DNA of 21,893 nucleotides from Ginkgo biloba (taxonomy: Eukaryota; Plantae; Ginkgophyta): contig JANKJI020000004.1 of assembly GCA_024626585.2 (NCBI GenBank), positions 57,492,633 through 57,514,525 of the forward strand. Reading direction: 5' to 3'. Below the pieces are notes generated by a model that was not told where the DNA came from, made no database searches, and saw nothing but the letters and a program-made list of their open reading frames with translations. The translations under genes were made by a program, and so were the position numbers. The number at the start of each line of letters is the position of its first letter. Position 1 is the first letter of the stretch. Shown here piece by piece: positions 10,797 through 21,893 of this stretch.

Positions 10797-12500
10797 TGTT
10801 ACAACCCAACAAATTATTGCAAATTTGACCTTGAAAAGTGGGCCAAAGTCAACTATGAAAGGCATTTTAAATTCAACCTTGAAAGGTGTGTATAGCCTAA
10901 CCTAAATGGCGCCAAATCACTATGACTACATAAGATGATAAAACCCCATAGTGAGATCCTTAGGAGAGAGAAAATTGTGAAGAAAAGAGCCAAGAGGGTG
11001 CTCTAACAGAGAGCACCTCTCTTCAACGACTAATTTGAGATAGCAGATAGCCACAGCGGGCTTCTTGTGATTTGGGACAACCCCAAGGTTAAGCTCAACG
11101 CTTATGTGGAGGTTTGTGTCTAGTTATTGGCATAAATAGGGTTTGTTTGGGTTTAGGCAACCCTTAACACATCATCTCTATTATCTCTCTACAAGGCGTT
11201 TTCTTTTTATTGGCTATATTCTGCATTGTTTTTGTGTTACAACTACTTTCTACATAACTAGAGCCGAACTATTTTCAGTATAACGACTTTCTAGCAGATT
11301 ATTTCTCTTAAGAATTGCTCAAATCTCCTCTTTAAGGCAAGGTGACTTCATTGAAGGTGTTAAATCGATGTTTTATGAGAGAATTTGGCCCAAACAACCT
11401 CCAAGAGAACTCATCGGGGTATTCATACCTAATGACTAAATTATGTAGGCTTGATGCACTTTGCATGACATTCTGAAGCTATTCACGGGCCTTGGAATAG
11501 TTGAACTGAGAAGTTTTCACCCTCAAACAAGTTTGGGATTTTCAGCTTTTCAGTTTGAACCCTAGTTGACATAAACTGCAAGTAATTATTCAAACCCATA
11601 GTTTTCTGCATATTTTCTACAAGTTGTTTATCACTGAAATTCAATTGGCCATAAATTAATCTAAAAGGAAATCAGTCTGAATTCTGAATTTTTTTAGTTA
11701 TGCAAGCTAATATGAGGGCCGAAAACCCTAAGCATTCAGAAATGGCTTCTTTGTGCTAGGGCACTCTGTTGTGGAGCAGATTGCCAGTATTTATGGTAGA
11801 AAATGAACTTTATTCATAATTAGCATTCATGTGTTCATTATTTCCCTTATTATTTCAGGTTCATTTGTTGCATTAACCCTAGAGATCAATCTAGGGGGCA
11901 ATATCCTCACTGAAATCCACCAAGGAGATAGGAGTATGTTTATGGTTGTACTAATGCATTTATGTGTTTTTTTCTGGATTTGGACCATACAAGCATTAAC
12001 CCATGTGAGCATCATATATTTGAACAAACTAGCAGAGGGGGGAGTGCTAGCACCCTAAGACCTCTCAAGGATGTCTCGCTGCTAGGGTTGTGCCAGCAGT
12101 CAAAGTGGCTCGTGCATCTAATTCTGACTTGTATGATTGTTCTTGTGCACTTTGTTTATGCTCACTCTTATATTGCATGGAAAGATACTATCATTAGTGA
12201 TTTCTTCTAGTTAGGGATGGATGTCTCATTTGAGGAAACTATCCTGGTGTTGAAGAGTAGTTGAAAAGATACCTACGCCTAGCACCATTATTTGGTTGGG
12301 TTAAGGGGTGGAATCTAGAGGAACAGTCATAGTGCAACGTGTTGACCGTGTGTACTGATTTATTATCGAAGGTTTGACTTACCAACCAAACAAGTCCTTT
12401 TACGCAGCCCCAAATGCCAACAGTGGTTGCTAAGCTAAACTGCACGATCTACCTTAACCCCAATAGTCTACCTTTTAAGCCTACCATGCATTTGCATTTT
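10797..12500 (+). mobile_element. 3' LTR of chromovirus copy 1 (right boundary unresolved; may run to the gap at 13231)
   Basis: TGTTACAACCC right after the PPT; patchy similarity to 20841-21893. Confidence 0.7.
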
Positions 12501-15500
12501 ACATTAGTATTGATCATTAATTAACATTAATAAATGTTTGTTATGCACTCACACTCTAATAGTTATCTATTTTCAACTCTTAACTATCTTAGCATGTAAG
12601 TTTAAAAGGCAAGACTATTATAGTTTCAACCTTAGATGATATGAGAGATACTATATCCACTTCAACAAGAAGCAACACCACTTCTTCTCCTCTCATCTTA
12701 TTTGGAGGTATTTCCAAGTGACTACCAAGGATAAACAATAGGGGCTAGGATAAGAATACCTTCCCTAGATGCTATTCTTCAGTAGGTCTTGGGTGACTTT
12801 ATACTAGTGGATGTTGGTAGCCAACCTAGTTGAGAGGCAACTAGTGAACATTCGTTGCACCTTTCCTTCTTGTATTTCATTCTTCTAGATATATTGTTTT
12901 ATAATTTTTTTATCACAATATACTTTGGTAAGAGATGCCATGTGCACTCCCTAGCCATGATGTTTTCTTTAGTTGTATTGATCCCTTTTAATCACCTATG
13001 GACATTGATTTAATTCATTTAGAATTGATAGCTTTGGTATGAGGAAGTTTTGTCCACTAAGCTTTGGCTTAGTTGCATAATTCTTCTCTCTAAAGATGTT
13101 ACTTATGGGTGTAGAGTGTTTAGGTTGTAGGCAAAGTGGCATGGAATTTTTTTTTTTAAATTTTGAAGTAGTTTATTTCCTTTCCCAAAAAGAGAAAGGT
13201 TTTTGTATTAGAAACTTCTTGAAAACAACANNNNNNNNNNNNNNNNNNNNNNNNNNNNNNNNNNNNNNNNNNNNNNNNNNNNNNNNNNNNNNNNNNNNNN
13301 NNNNNNNNNNNNNNNNNNNNNNNNNNNNNNNNNNNNNNNNNNNNNNNNNNNNNNNNNNNNNNNNNNNNNNNNNNNNNNNNNNNNNNNNNNNNNNNNNNNN
13401 NNNNNNNNNNNNNNNNNNNNNNNNNNNNNNNNNNNNNNNNNNNNNNNNNNNNNNNNNNNNNNNNNNNNNNNNNNNNNNNNNNNNNNNNNNNNNNNNNNNN
13501 NNNNNNNNNNNNNNNNNNNNNNNNNNNNNNNNNNNNNNNNNNNNNNNNNNNNNNNNNNNNNNNNNNNNNNNNNNNNNNNNNNNNNNNNNNNNNNNNNNNN
13601 NNNNNNNNNNNNNNNNNNNNNNNNNNNNNNNNNNNNNNNNNNNNNNNNNNNNNNNNNNNNNNNNNNNNNNNNNNNNNNNNNNNNNNNNNNNNNNNNNNNN
13701 NNNNNNNNNNNNNNNNNNNNNNNNNNNNNNNNNNNNNNNNNNNNNNNNNNNNNNNNNNNNNNNNNNNNNNNNNNNNNNNNNNNNNNNNNNNNNNNNNNNN
13801 NNNNNNNNNNNNNNNNNNNNNNNNNNNNNNNNNNNNNNNNNNNNNNNNNNNNNNNNNNNNNNNNNNNNNNNNNNNNNNNNNNNNNNNNNNNNNNNNNNNN
13901 NNNNNNNNNNNNNNNNNNNNNNNNNNNNNNNNNNNNNNNNNNNNNNNNNNNNNNNNNNNNNNNNNNNNNNNNNNNNNNNNNNNNNNNNNNNNNNNNNNNN
14001 NNNNNNNNNNNNNNNNNNNNNNNNNNNNNNNNNNNNNNNNNNNNNNNNNNNNNNNNNNNNNNNNNNNNNNNNNNNNNNNNNNNNNNNNNNNNNNNNNNNN
14101 NNNNNNNNNNNNNNNNNNNNNNNNNNNNNNNNNNNNNNNNNNNNNNNNNNNNNNNNNNNNNNNNNNNNNNNNNNNNNNNNNNNNNNNNNNNNNNNNNNNN
14201 NNTCATGCTCATCCACTGTTAAGACATCACCAATTAAAGCCTGAATGAAATGTACATACAAGACACTGAATAAAGAAAACAGCATACCCTCCCAGATGCA
14301 TGGAAGCAGCAAGGCCTCCAAACCCATACATTCCAAAGAAAGGCTACAAGACAAAGAGATTTCTTATTAGAACACAGATCAAGAAATTTCTTGTGAGTAC
14401 AGAATAGAGGGCTGCTCTAACAAATCTTGTTAGAAAAGATTGTTACTTAAAACCAGAGACACTTTCAGGTTGACAAAGACTGCTGTTTGATACAAATATC
14501 TGGGGTATTATTTCCAGATCAATTAGGTTTTATGCTCGCCATTACAAAATATAGCATGTTTCTACTTTGAATGCCTCCTATCATCCCATATGTTCTCATC
14601 TTGCCTAGCATTTTTACATCTTAGAGTCNNNNNNNNNNGAGAAGTAAGGGTGCCTTGCTGGAGTCTTTGTATCTAGAGTAGATGAACTGTTTTTTCTAGA
14701 AGACAGATGATTGTACCTTTTCTTGATATGAGGTATGCATAATCTCTTTGGTATCTTCAATATACTTCTTTTTACATTTCAGCTTGTGGAATAATTCTTT
14801 TCTGGGACTAACTGACCTTCGACCCCAACATGGTTTCTGCTGTCAGAAGAGTCCAGGAATGTCTCCTAGCTATGAGAAACTTCCCACACCCTCAAGGACA
14901 ATGATGCAAAGAATCTTGAAGAAATTCTGGACACACAAAGCTTTGGAAGTTTTGGATTTCAGGGGAAAAAAAACCATCATCTCCACGTAAATAATAGTTG
15001 TAGGTTAGGAGAAGCGCCCAACCTGCACAAGCTTCCCAGGTGCATACTTTTAGCTTGTTTCTGAAAGTTGTGAAGATTGGTGTCTTCTTTCTCGTCCAGT
15101 TCTGAAGGTTTTCTTTTGGCCTAGAAAATTTTCATCAACTTAACCTTTTTTCACAGAGCAAGAATCTAGGATTTACTCATTCAGTTGATACTTCATTACA
15201 GTCCTTGAAGATGCTTTGGATGAAGTAATTAAGATTAGCCACCAAATCTTCATGATATTAACTGCCTGCATTCAATGCAGACCTTAAAAAAAAGCCACTG
15301 CCAACCAGGAAATATCCTTATGTATTGCAGCAAGAATGCATCCATGCATGTGCACCCCCACTGGAACGTTGAGCACAGTCCATAATATTAATATTTGTAC
15401 CACAGCTGCATTGCATACGAATTGTGCATTTTAATTCTTCGTTCTCAGTAATATTTGGGTATTCACTGTCAGACAGGAATTCTCTCAATGCAGGAAAAGC

Positions 15501-17639
15501 CTGCATGGAATAAAGCTAGACAAACTTGTTCAGATGAGCTGGACCAATTGGGGTTCCATATCATAATCGATTTTTCACAGCGTTGTTTATACAAAGGATA
15601 CACTTCCCTTTAATTTTGGAATGATACTGATTCAGTTTCATTTCAGGACATTTTTACAAAACCACTATATTATTTGATGCCATTGTGTGAAACCTTTTGT
15701 TCTCTTCTATGGGCAACATGTGCAACCGCAAGGGGCATGGTTGACACTCATATTGGGAAGAGGTAGGTACCAGACCTAACCCTCTATTCTTCACAGGCAT
15801 TGGTTGCAGGTATAGTCATGTCTTTCAGCTACTCTAGACGATTGAGATATTTATTTACTTCTTGTGCCTTGCTAGATTTTGCCTTGATGCTACTAATCTC
15901 CATCTTGTCCAAGAAGGACATGGATTTCCCTGCCTAGATCTCTCAACCCTAAGTTGGCATTCTACTTTGTGCATTTTATTCTTGCCTCCAATGGAAGTGC
16001 ACAAAGCATCTTCCATCTCTGATGAAAGACACAATGAAGCATCTTTGATCCTTCATTGTATCTACACCTTCATATATCACAAAGCATGGATTCCCCATAA
16101 AACAACTCGGGGTGTGATTATATTGTCATTGGCTTGAACACCACATTGCAAGAAACGAACAATATAAAATACTTGCTCTATGCCATTGGCCAATTGTGTA
16201 ATGCAAATCCAAACTCAAAGAGGAAAGAGCAGGTTGAACTGAGACACCTGATGGAATGGGGGAGTGCACCCTAAGCTTTCAACAAATTTCCTCTTGATCC
16301 TGAAGAAGACACCAGAAGGGGGTATAGAGAAAGGAGATCCAAGATCCTAAGCAAACCAAGAAGGCCTTATAGATCTCCTCCTTCCCTCCTCCCAAAAATG
16401 AGGAGTTCCCCTTTGTTGCCTTTGCTCTGCCCCATGCCTATGATAGTTGGGAAGTTCTTATCGACCAGACATTGAGCCTGGGCCATCATTAGGATAGGGG
16501 GCATAATGATAATGGTGTTGCTGCCCCTTTGGTCACCCCTGTGGCCTAATTGTTTCTTGTGCATATTTGTTGGTGGTGATCTGGTTATGATAGTTTCATG
16601 TCTTCCTTGGAGTACTTTTGGTTCAAATCATATGCCCTTGGGGCCATGAATGTAGTTATCATTTTTGGGGTAATGGTTCCCCACACAGCTAGGGATTCGT
16701 ATTAGTACTAGGCTTTGTGATTGTACTCAATCTCGCCCTATTGTAATATTTCCAATTACGATTAAGAAAAAGCAGCATAACATTGCAGAAAACTTTACAC
16801 AGTAGTTTCGCCCATTTGCTATATTTTGCCCAATTTCTTAAAAAATGAAAAAAGCCAATAAGTGAAATTCTTCTAAAATATTCGCCCATCTTTTCTAGAT
16901 CTAATGATATTCGCCACATTCTATTATGAACTAATAGTAAACTATTTCTTGTACTTGAGCATTCACTTGTAATTATATTTTCTACATTGAAAAAATTTGC
17001 TAACCAACTATGCTTATATACAATTCGCCATTACAGTTTTTCCTACATAGTATTTGAATCAAGATAACCCGCTCACAGTTACCAACAAAGAGTCTTAAAT
17101 TGCCATTGTATACTGAAGATACATCTCAAGCAAGACGGCTTGCTTCTGGACATCCATTGAATTTTAAGACATATTTCCTATCAACAGAAAATAGATTGTG
17201 CTTGTGGTCACAAAACGGATCCAATATAACCTACAAGCTTATGCTTGTAGACAAGGGCAAGGGTATTTTAGGTTGGTAAATGCCACTAGCACTGGACAAT
17301 CATTTTAATCTTATAGGACCTTCAGGTCTCCTACCCAAAACAAATCAAATGATAACAATAGGTTTCAATTCAATATGTTTAAATTTAAAACTAAAACCAT
17401 TCTCAACTATAATGTCATAATTTCTCATTATATCAACATGTTCTATCCCTCTGGGTTCATAAATACAAGAGTGAGAACCATCTAAAATCCATCTTTTCAA
17501 CTATGAAGGAATAAAAATTTCAAAATAACCTTTTAGCGTTTTCCTTGCCTAAACATGGTTTCTTGAACCAATTCAATTTGAAAACATAGGTGACTGCCAC
17601 AGCAAGACAAGACCCAATTTAGATACATCCACTGCTTAC

Positions 17640-17712
17640 CTTCAAATATGGAGGTTTGCCTCCTATTGCTGACCCTCGGACTGATCTATGGTTGGAAGAA
17701 CCCATGGTTCCC
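17640..17712 (-). CDS. GMI1: GMI1-like internal exon, 73 nt, phase 2/0: (W)GTMGSSNHRSVRGSAIGGKPPYLK
   Basis: Acceptor ggacag, donor gtaagc; completes the split TG|G Trp codon with exon 18457; AIGGKPPYLK motif recalled from GMI1. Confidence 0.92.
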
Positions 17713-18456
17713 CTGTCCAAAACATATCAAAATACCATTTCCCAATATTTAGATAATAAATATGATTCATCTTCAAACTAAACAATGATAGCTATTGCCC
17801 ATGAAATATAAGTTATAGAGGATGCACTGCCCAATTTCACAGTATACACCTCAGTACCTAAATACTGGAAAAAAAAAGGTCAAAAGAACTTCCGTGATCA
17901 TTGAGAACCACTGAGCATGGCACTAGGTTCTATGTAATTCTCAGTCTGACCCCACAGGCATTGAACTCGTAACCAACTGCTAACAAGTACTGCCCACTAA
18001 ACACTAGATCATTTTCCCTACTCAAAAGCATGTAAAATATTACGGTGAGACCAATAGTTGAAGGGGTTCTTCAGATAAAAGTGTTTTGCAAATAATGGCT
18101 CCAAGGGCTCAAGGTCCATAATCCTAATTAGGAAAAACGCTATCCAAAACTGACACATCAACACAAACTTCGATTTCAAAACATTGTTTGGAGTCGATCA
18201 GAACCAAATTACAGGCAGCAGCTTCAACCAGAAAAACAGTGGAAGAAATTTAAAACCATGTGCAACAATGACAGTCAATATAAGGATGATGTAAATGATA
18301 CAAGCATACCAACAATAACCCTCTAATATCATAAAAATTTCTAACATCAGAAGAGATAACCTAAGCAACTTAAGTAAACAACACTATCCATCTAGAATTA
18401 TGAACTACCACTTGTACTCGAAATATTAAACCGGGCCAAAAGATGAGAATATGTAC

Positions 18457-18540
18457 CATTTTGCAATTGAATTCTCTTTGCTACTATCCATTCCTTGGCC
18501 ACTATCAAAAATTGATATCTCACTCTCCTCTAAATGAACA
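18457..18540 (-). CDS. GMI1: GMI1-like internal exon, 84 nt, phase 2/2: VHLEESEISIFDSGQGMDSSKENSIAK(W), GHKL motif II (DxGxG)
   Basis: Poly-T plus atgcag acceptor, gtacat donor; IFDSGQGMD is the Bergerat-fold DxGxG box. Confidence 0.92.
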
Positions 18541-19343
18541 CTGCATAAAAAAAAAATGAATGAATAGTGAACCAAAGAAACCAGGCTGAATCAAGGACTA
18601 GCATATTCAAAATACCATCAACACAACATAGAAATGATGGGTTCCCTCCTCTTCTGAAAAAATTCGTCGTATAATTCACTGAACATTTATCACATGTGCC
18701 AGAGGCTGTGTTGTGGGATTCATGTACATGTCTACTCACTCCTTACAGTCACATTTCCTTGTTTTTAAATTAAGGATCCCACCTTCAACTGCTTTGGCTG
18801 ATTTCATATATTAGGGGAAGGCTTCTCTTCACTCACCACCAATGATACAAGGAGGGCTTTTGGAGAAATCTCAACAGCAGCTAATAAAGGACACTTAATA
18901 AATATATTGTTCCTAATGCTTACAAATGAATAAGANNNNNNNNNNNNNNNNNNGTGATGATCCCTCATAATATTTCAACTTAGATCGTGTTTTGCAACAC
19001 AAAAATGTAAAGTCACAAATTGAAAAATAGCTAATTTACAAATTTGAGTAAATATCAAATATTGCAATGTGTGAAAATATTCAAAGGGTTTTTCATAGAA
19101 GAGCACACTCAATCTAGATTCTTGAGATCTTAAATTTACAGGGTTACAAACCAATGCCTATCAATCAAGACTTCAGCAAGCTCACTTGTAGTCTGATTGT
19201 GGACCCAACTAGAATTCCCAAGCCTAGGCCCACACTTAACAACTAAGGTTACTCATTGAGTTCACACACACACAAATAATTACACACATATCCATTTGTT
19301 ACACATTAGCACATAGAGCATACACACAATGTGGGTACAATCT

Positions 19344-19350
<7 letters not shown>

Positions 19351-19382
<32 letters not shown>
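19351..19382. repeat. Compound microsatellite (AC)11(AT)5
   Basis: Read directly from the sequence. Confidence 0.95.
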
Positions 19383-19499
19383 TGTCATCAATTAGTAACA
19401 CATAGTGCACAAGCCTCTGACACCTAAGTGCTATGTATCAAACTCGACTCTCACATCTAACTCTTTGTTACAGCTCAGAAAAACTAGTTTTTTTATCTC

Positions 19500-19554
19500 T
19501 GGTATGCCATTTCTCAAAAATGGCCATCTTCATTCCCTGCACAAAGACAACAGA
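19500..19554 (+). mobile_element. Short gypsy integrase fragment running into an N gap
   Basis: VCHFSKMAIFIPCTKTT resembles the integrase core VDRFSKMAHFIPCxKT. Confidence 0.6.
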
Positions 19555-20126
19555 NNNNNNNNNNNNNNNNNNNNNNNNNNNNNNNNNNNNNNNNNNNNNN
19601 NNNNNNNNNNNNNNNNNNNNNNNNNNNNNNNNNNNNNNNNNNNNNNNNNNNNNNNNNNNNNNNNNNNNNNNNNNNNNNNNNNNNNNNNNNNNNNNNNNNN
19701 NNNNNNNNNNNNNNNNNNNNNNNNNNNNNNNNNNNNNNNNNNNNNNNNNNNNNNNNNNNNNNNNNNNNNNNNNNNNNNNNNNNNNNNNNNNNNNNNNNNN
19801 NNNNNNNNNNNNNNNNNNNNNNNNNNNNNNNNNNNNNNNNNNNNNNNNNNNNNNNNNNNNNNNNNNNNNNNNNNNNNNNNNNNNNNNNNNNNNNNNNNNN
19901 NNNNNNNNNNNNNNNNNNNNNNNNNNNNNNNNNNNNNNNNNNNNNNNNNNNNNNNNNNNNNNNNNNNNNNNNNNNNNNNNNNNNNNNNNNNNNNNNNNNN
20001 NNNNNNNNNNNNNNNNNNNNNNNNNNNNNNNNNNNNNNNNNNNNNNNNNNNNNNNNNNNNNNNNNNNNNNNNNNNNNNNNNNNNNNNNNNNNNNNNNNNN
20101 NNNNNNNNNNNNNNNNNNNNNNNNNN

Positions 20127-20793
20127 AGCTAGACAAACTACTTGGGAAGAGAGACTTCCATTTGTGGAGTTTGCATACAATTACAGTAAACATTCAACCA
20201 CATGTATGACTCCCTTTAGACCGTGTGGTCATGAACCCCTCATTCTTTTATAGTTGGACCTAAAAAATTTTAAGGGGAAGACCCAATTCTCCCTAGAGAT
20301 GCTTGAACAAATTGAAAAGGAGCTATAGGAATGCTGAAAGAATATTTGAAGAGCATAGTCATGTGCTATGTTGTATGTAGACCAATATACATCGCCCAAA
20401 TCAATTGAGGTGGGGGATATAGTTGATCTCCGAGTGAAGCCTAATAGTTCCTTCCCCGCAAGACATTGTGCTAAACTCTCACCTTGATATTGTGGACTTT
20501 CCATGTTTTAGAAAAGATAAATAATTGTAGCCTATAAATTGTAGTTACTGGTTCACGTGAAGATGCACTCGGTCTTTCATGTTAATTTTCTTAAGAAGGC
20601 TTTGTCTAGATATGATAGTGTTTTGCCAACCTCTGTTGATGTATAGGATGCTGAGGAGGAGGTGCATGATCCAATAGCTATATTGGCTGAGAGAATAAAG
20701 AGGTTGCGGAATAGAGATATTATGGAATATCTTGTGGAATGGTCAAATAAGTCTATTGAAGAAGCTACTTGGGAATTAATCACTTTTGTTTGA
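20127..20793 (+). mobile_element. Degenerate chromovirus integrase C-terminus plus chromodomain, copy 2
   Basis: WEERLPFVEFAYN, EVGDIV, AKLSP, MHSVFHV, and chromodomain DPIAILAERIKRLRNRDIMEYLVEWSNKSIEEATWE (20668-20775). Colinear with 10060-10770. Confidence 0.93.
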
Positions 20794-20840
20794 GAGATTT
20801 GACTCATTGAGGATAATTATCTATGCAAGGTATGGAGAGA

Positions 20841-21893
20841 TGTTACAGTCTAGAAAAGTCAAGTTAATCTTATCTCGAAAAGTATGAAAAAGAACAAGTT
20901 TTCCTATGAGGCCATTACATGTGTATTGTCGCTAATGGTGAGTTCACTAGGGAAATTGGTGGGGAGAGAGAAGGCGGGAAAGAGAAGGGACCTAGAGATG
21001 CCTTAGTATAGGGCGCCTTCATTTAGATGCTGACATGTGCCTTTTTAGACCCATAGAGGGGTTGTTCGACAAGAGGGCATCTTAAAGAACAAGTCCAACC
21101 CTAATGTGGGAGGGCGTGCCCTACATTTTCTATATGCATGGAGTTTTCTATGGGCTTTAGTAATTCCATTGGCATCATTCTCTTATTCCATCTTGGGCCT
21201 CTTCATCCACTCTCTTTGTTTTTGCATTCTAGATCATTTCTGGCTCCCATTGTTGTAGCACTATACTATTTCGTTGATTTTTTGCATGCTATTAGAGTTG
21301 GGATTGTTGGAGTGTGATGCAATCCTATAGGCGTTTTTGCACATTTGAGTGCATAGACCGCTTTCTCAGGCCAAGGCATCTTAGTTGGACCATTTTCACC
21401 AATAGTTGTTATTGTCCAGTGTTGTAGAAGACTTGGAAGGGTGTCGCAGGCCTTTTTAGAGAAGGATGCTAATTTTCTCGCTACAGATTTGAATTTCCTT
21501 CACATTCTAGACAGGGCACTCCAAATAGGGTAGTAGAAGGGAGACGTTTTTCTCCATAGAGGCACTTGGTATCTTCAATGGAAGGATTTCATCCAAGCAA
21601 GTCATTGAATCTGTAAGTATTCTTGTAAACCCTGATTTTATAGCTACCATATGTTTTTTGTTTTTTGCATGGCAAATTAGTGGTTGAAACCTCTAATGAG
21701 GAATTAAACTCTATAGAGTAGCTAGCCCCTAGTCAAGGGTTTTTTCATTGCATTTATGGTTTTTTATTGTTTTTATGGATGATTGATGCAGTAATCTATG
21801 TTGCAATGAATATTCTAAAATCCGACCTAATTTCCTACAGAAAACCCTAGTGACTATGTATAGAGCAGTATGGACTTCAGTCAGAAACCTGTT
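20841..21893 (+). mobile_element. 3' LTR of chromovirus copy 2, running off the window, preceded by PPT GGAGAGA (20834-20840)
   Basis: GGAGAGA-TGTTACA junction identical to copy 1. Confidence 0.75.

Larger units (their letters stand above)
116..18540 (-). other. GMI1: Partial gene span (open at both ends): GMI1/SMCHD1-like SMC-hinge GHKL ATPase, N-terminal ATPase region
   Basis: Five exons in the expected order with canonical AG/GT borders and compatible phases. Peptides IFDSGQGMD, WGTMGSS..AIGGKPPYLK, VNGTNLTEVEGGEV, ANARISCFYFP and RVSIRRLGRLLPDARW match my recollection of plant GMI1. Confidence 0.88.

Noticed and set aside
13096-14354. Long ORFs of 334-393 aa (also those at 19405-20253 and ORFs spanning 100-N gaps)
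   Set aside because: Artefacts of translating N runs; only the short integrase peptides flanking the 19555-20126 gap are meaningful.
14640-14965. + strand exon-intron-exon-like pattern (GAG|gtatgc ... ttcag|CTT)
   Set aside because: The intron would be only 50 nt, the frame has many stops and the peptide is unrecognised. Any stop codon can be read as a C>T product, so that is not evidence.
14203-15505. Minus-strand acceptor-like sites followed by short open frames (ALIGDVLTVDEH; AFPALREFLSDSEYP; LILITSSKASSRTV)
   Set aside because: None matches the expected missing GMI1 segments convincingly, and one ends in a stop; cannot be supported without RNA data.
15860-16690. Possible minus-strand LINE-derived sequence and ORFs 15862..16137, 16367..16564
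   Set aside because: No diagnostic RT or endonuclease motif could be read.
17850-17880. Putative 7-nt microexon (ttccag TATTTAG gtactg) on the minus strand
   Set aside because: It would shift the frame between two exons that already join perfectly (TG|G).
1-21893. CRISPR array, prokaryotic operon, rRNA or intact tRNA
   Set aside because: No repeat-spacer array or such genes seen; the sequence is spliceosomal-intron-containing eukaryotic DNA.

Overview
Gap-rich eukaryotic (land-plant-type) genomic DNA, AT-rich and mostly CpG-depleted. The window lies inside one minus-strand spliced gene that the ORF track almost misses: a GMI1/SMCHD1-like GHKL (Bergerat-fold) ATPase gene. Five GT-AG exons can be read (18540-18457, 17712-17640, 752-617, 394-324, 244-116), and the gene continues past both window edges. 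The 16.9 kb between exons 17640 and 752, and the region above 18540, are filled with decayed retroelements: two chromodomain-bearing Ty3/gypsy copies with PPT and 3' LTR, a separate RT-RNaseH relic, an orphan tRNA-iMet PBS, LTR-like pieces, possible SINE heads and a 156-bp tandem repeat. The exons expected to encode the ATP-lid (about 120 aa) are not visible. They probably sit in N gaps, although the flanking exons could splice together in frame. I found no CRISPR, rRNA or intact tRNA, and no novel multi-gene system I can support. All protein-family assignments come from recalled motifs, not database searches.
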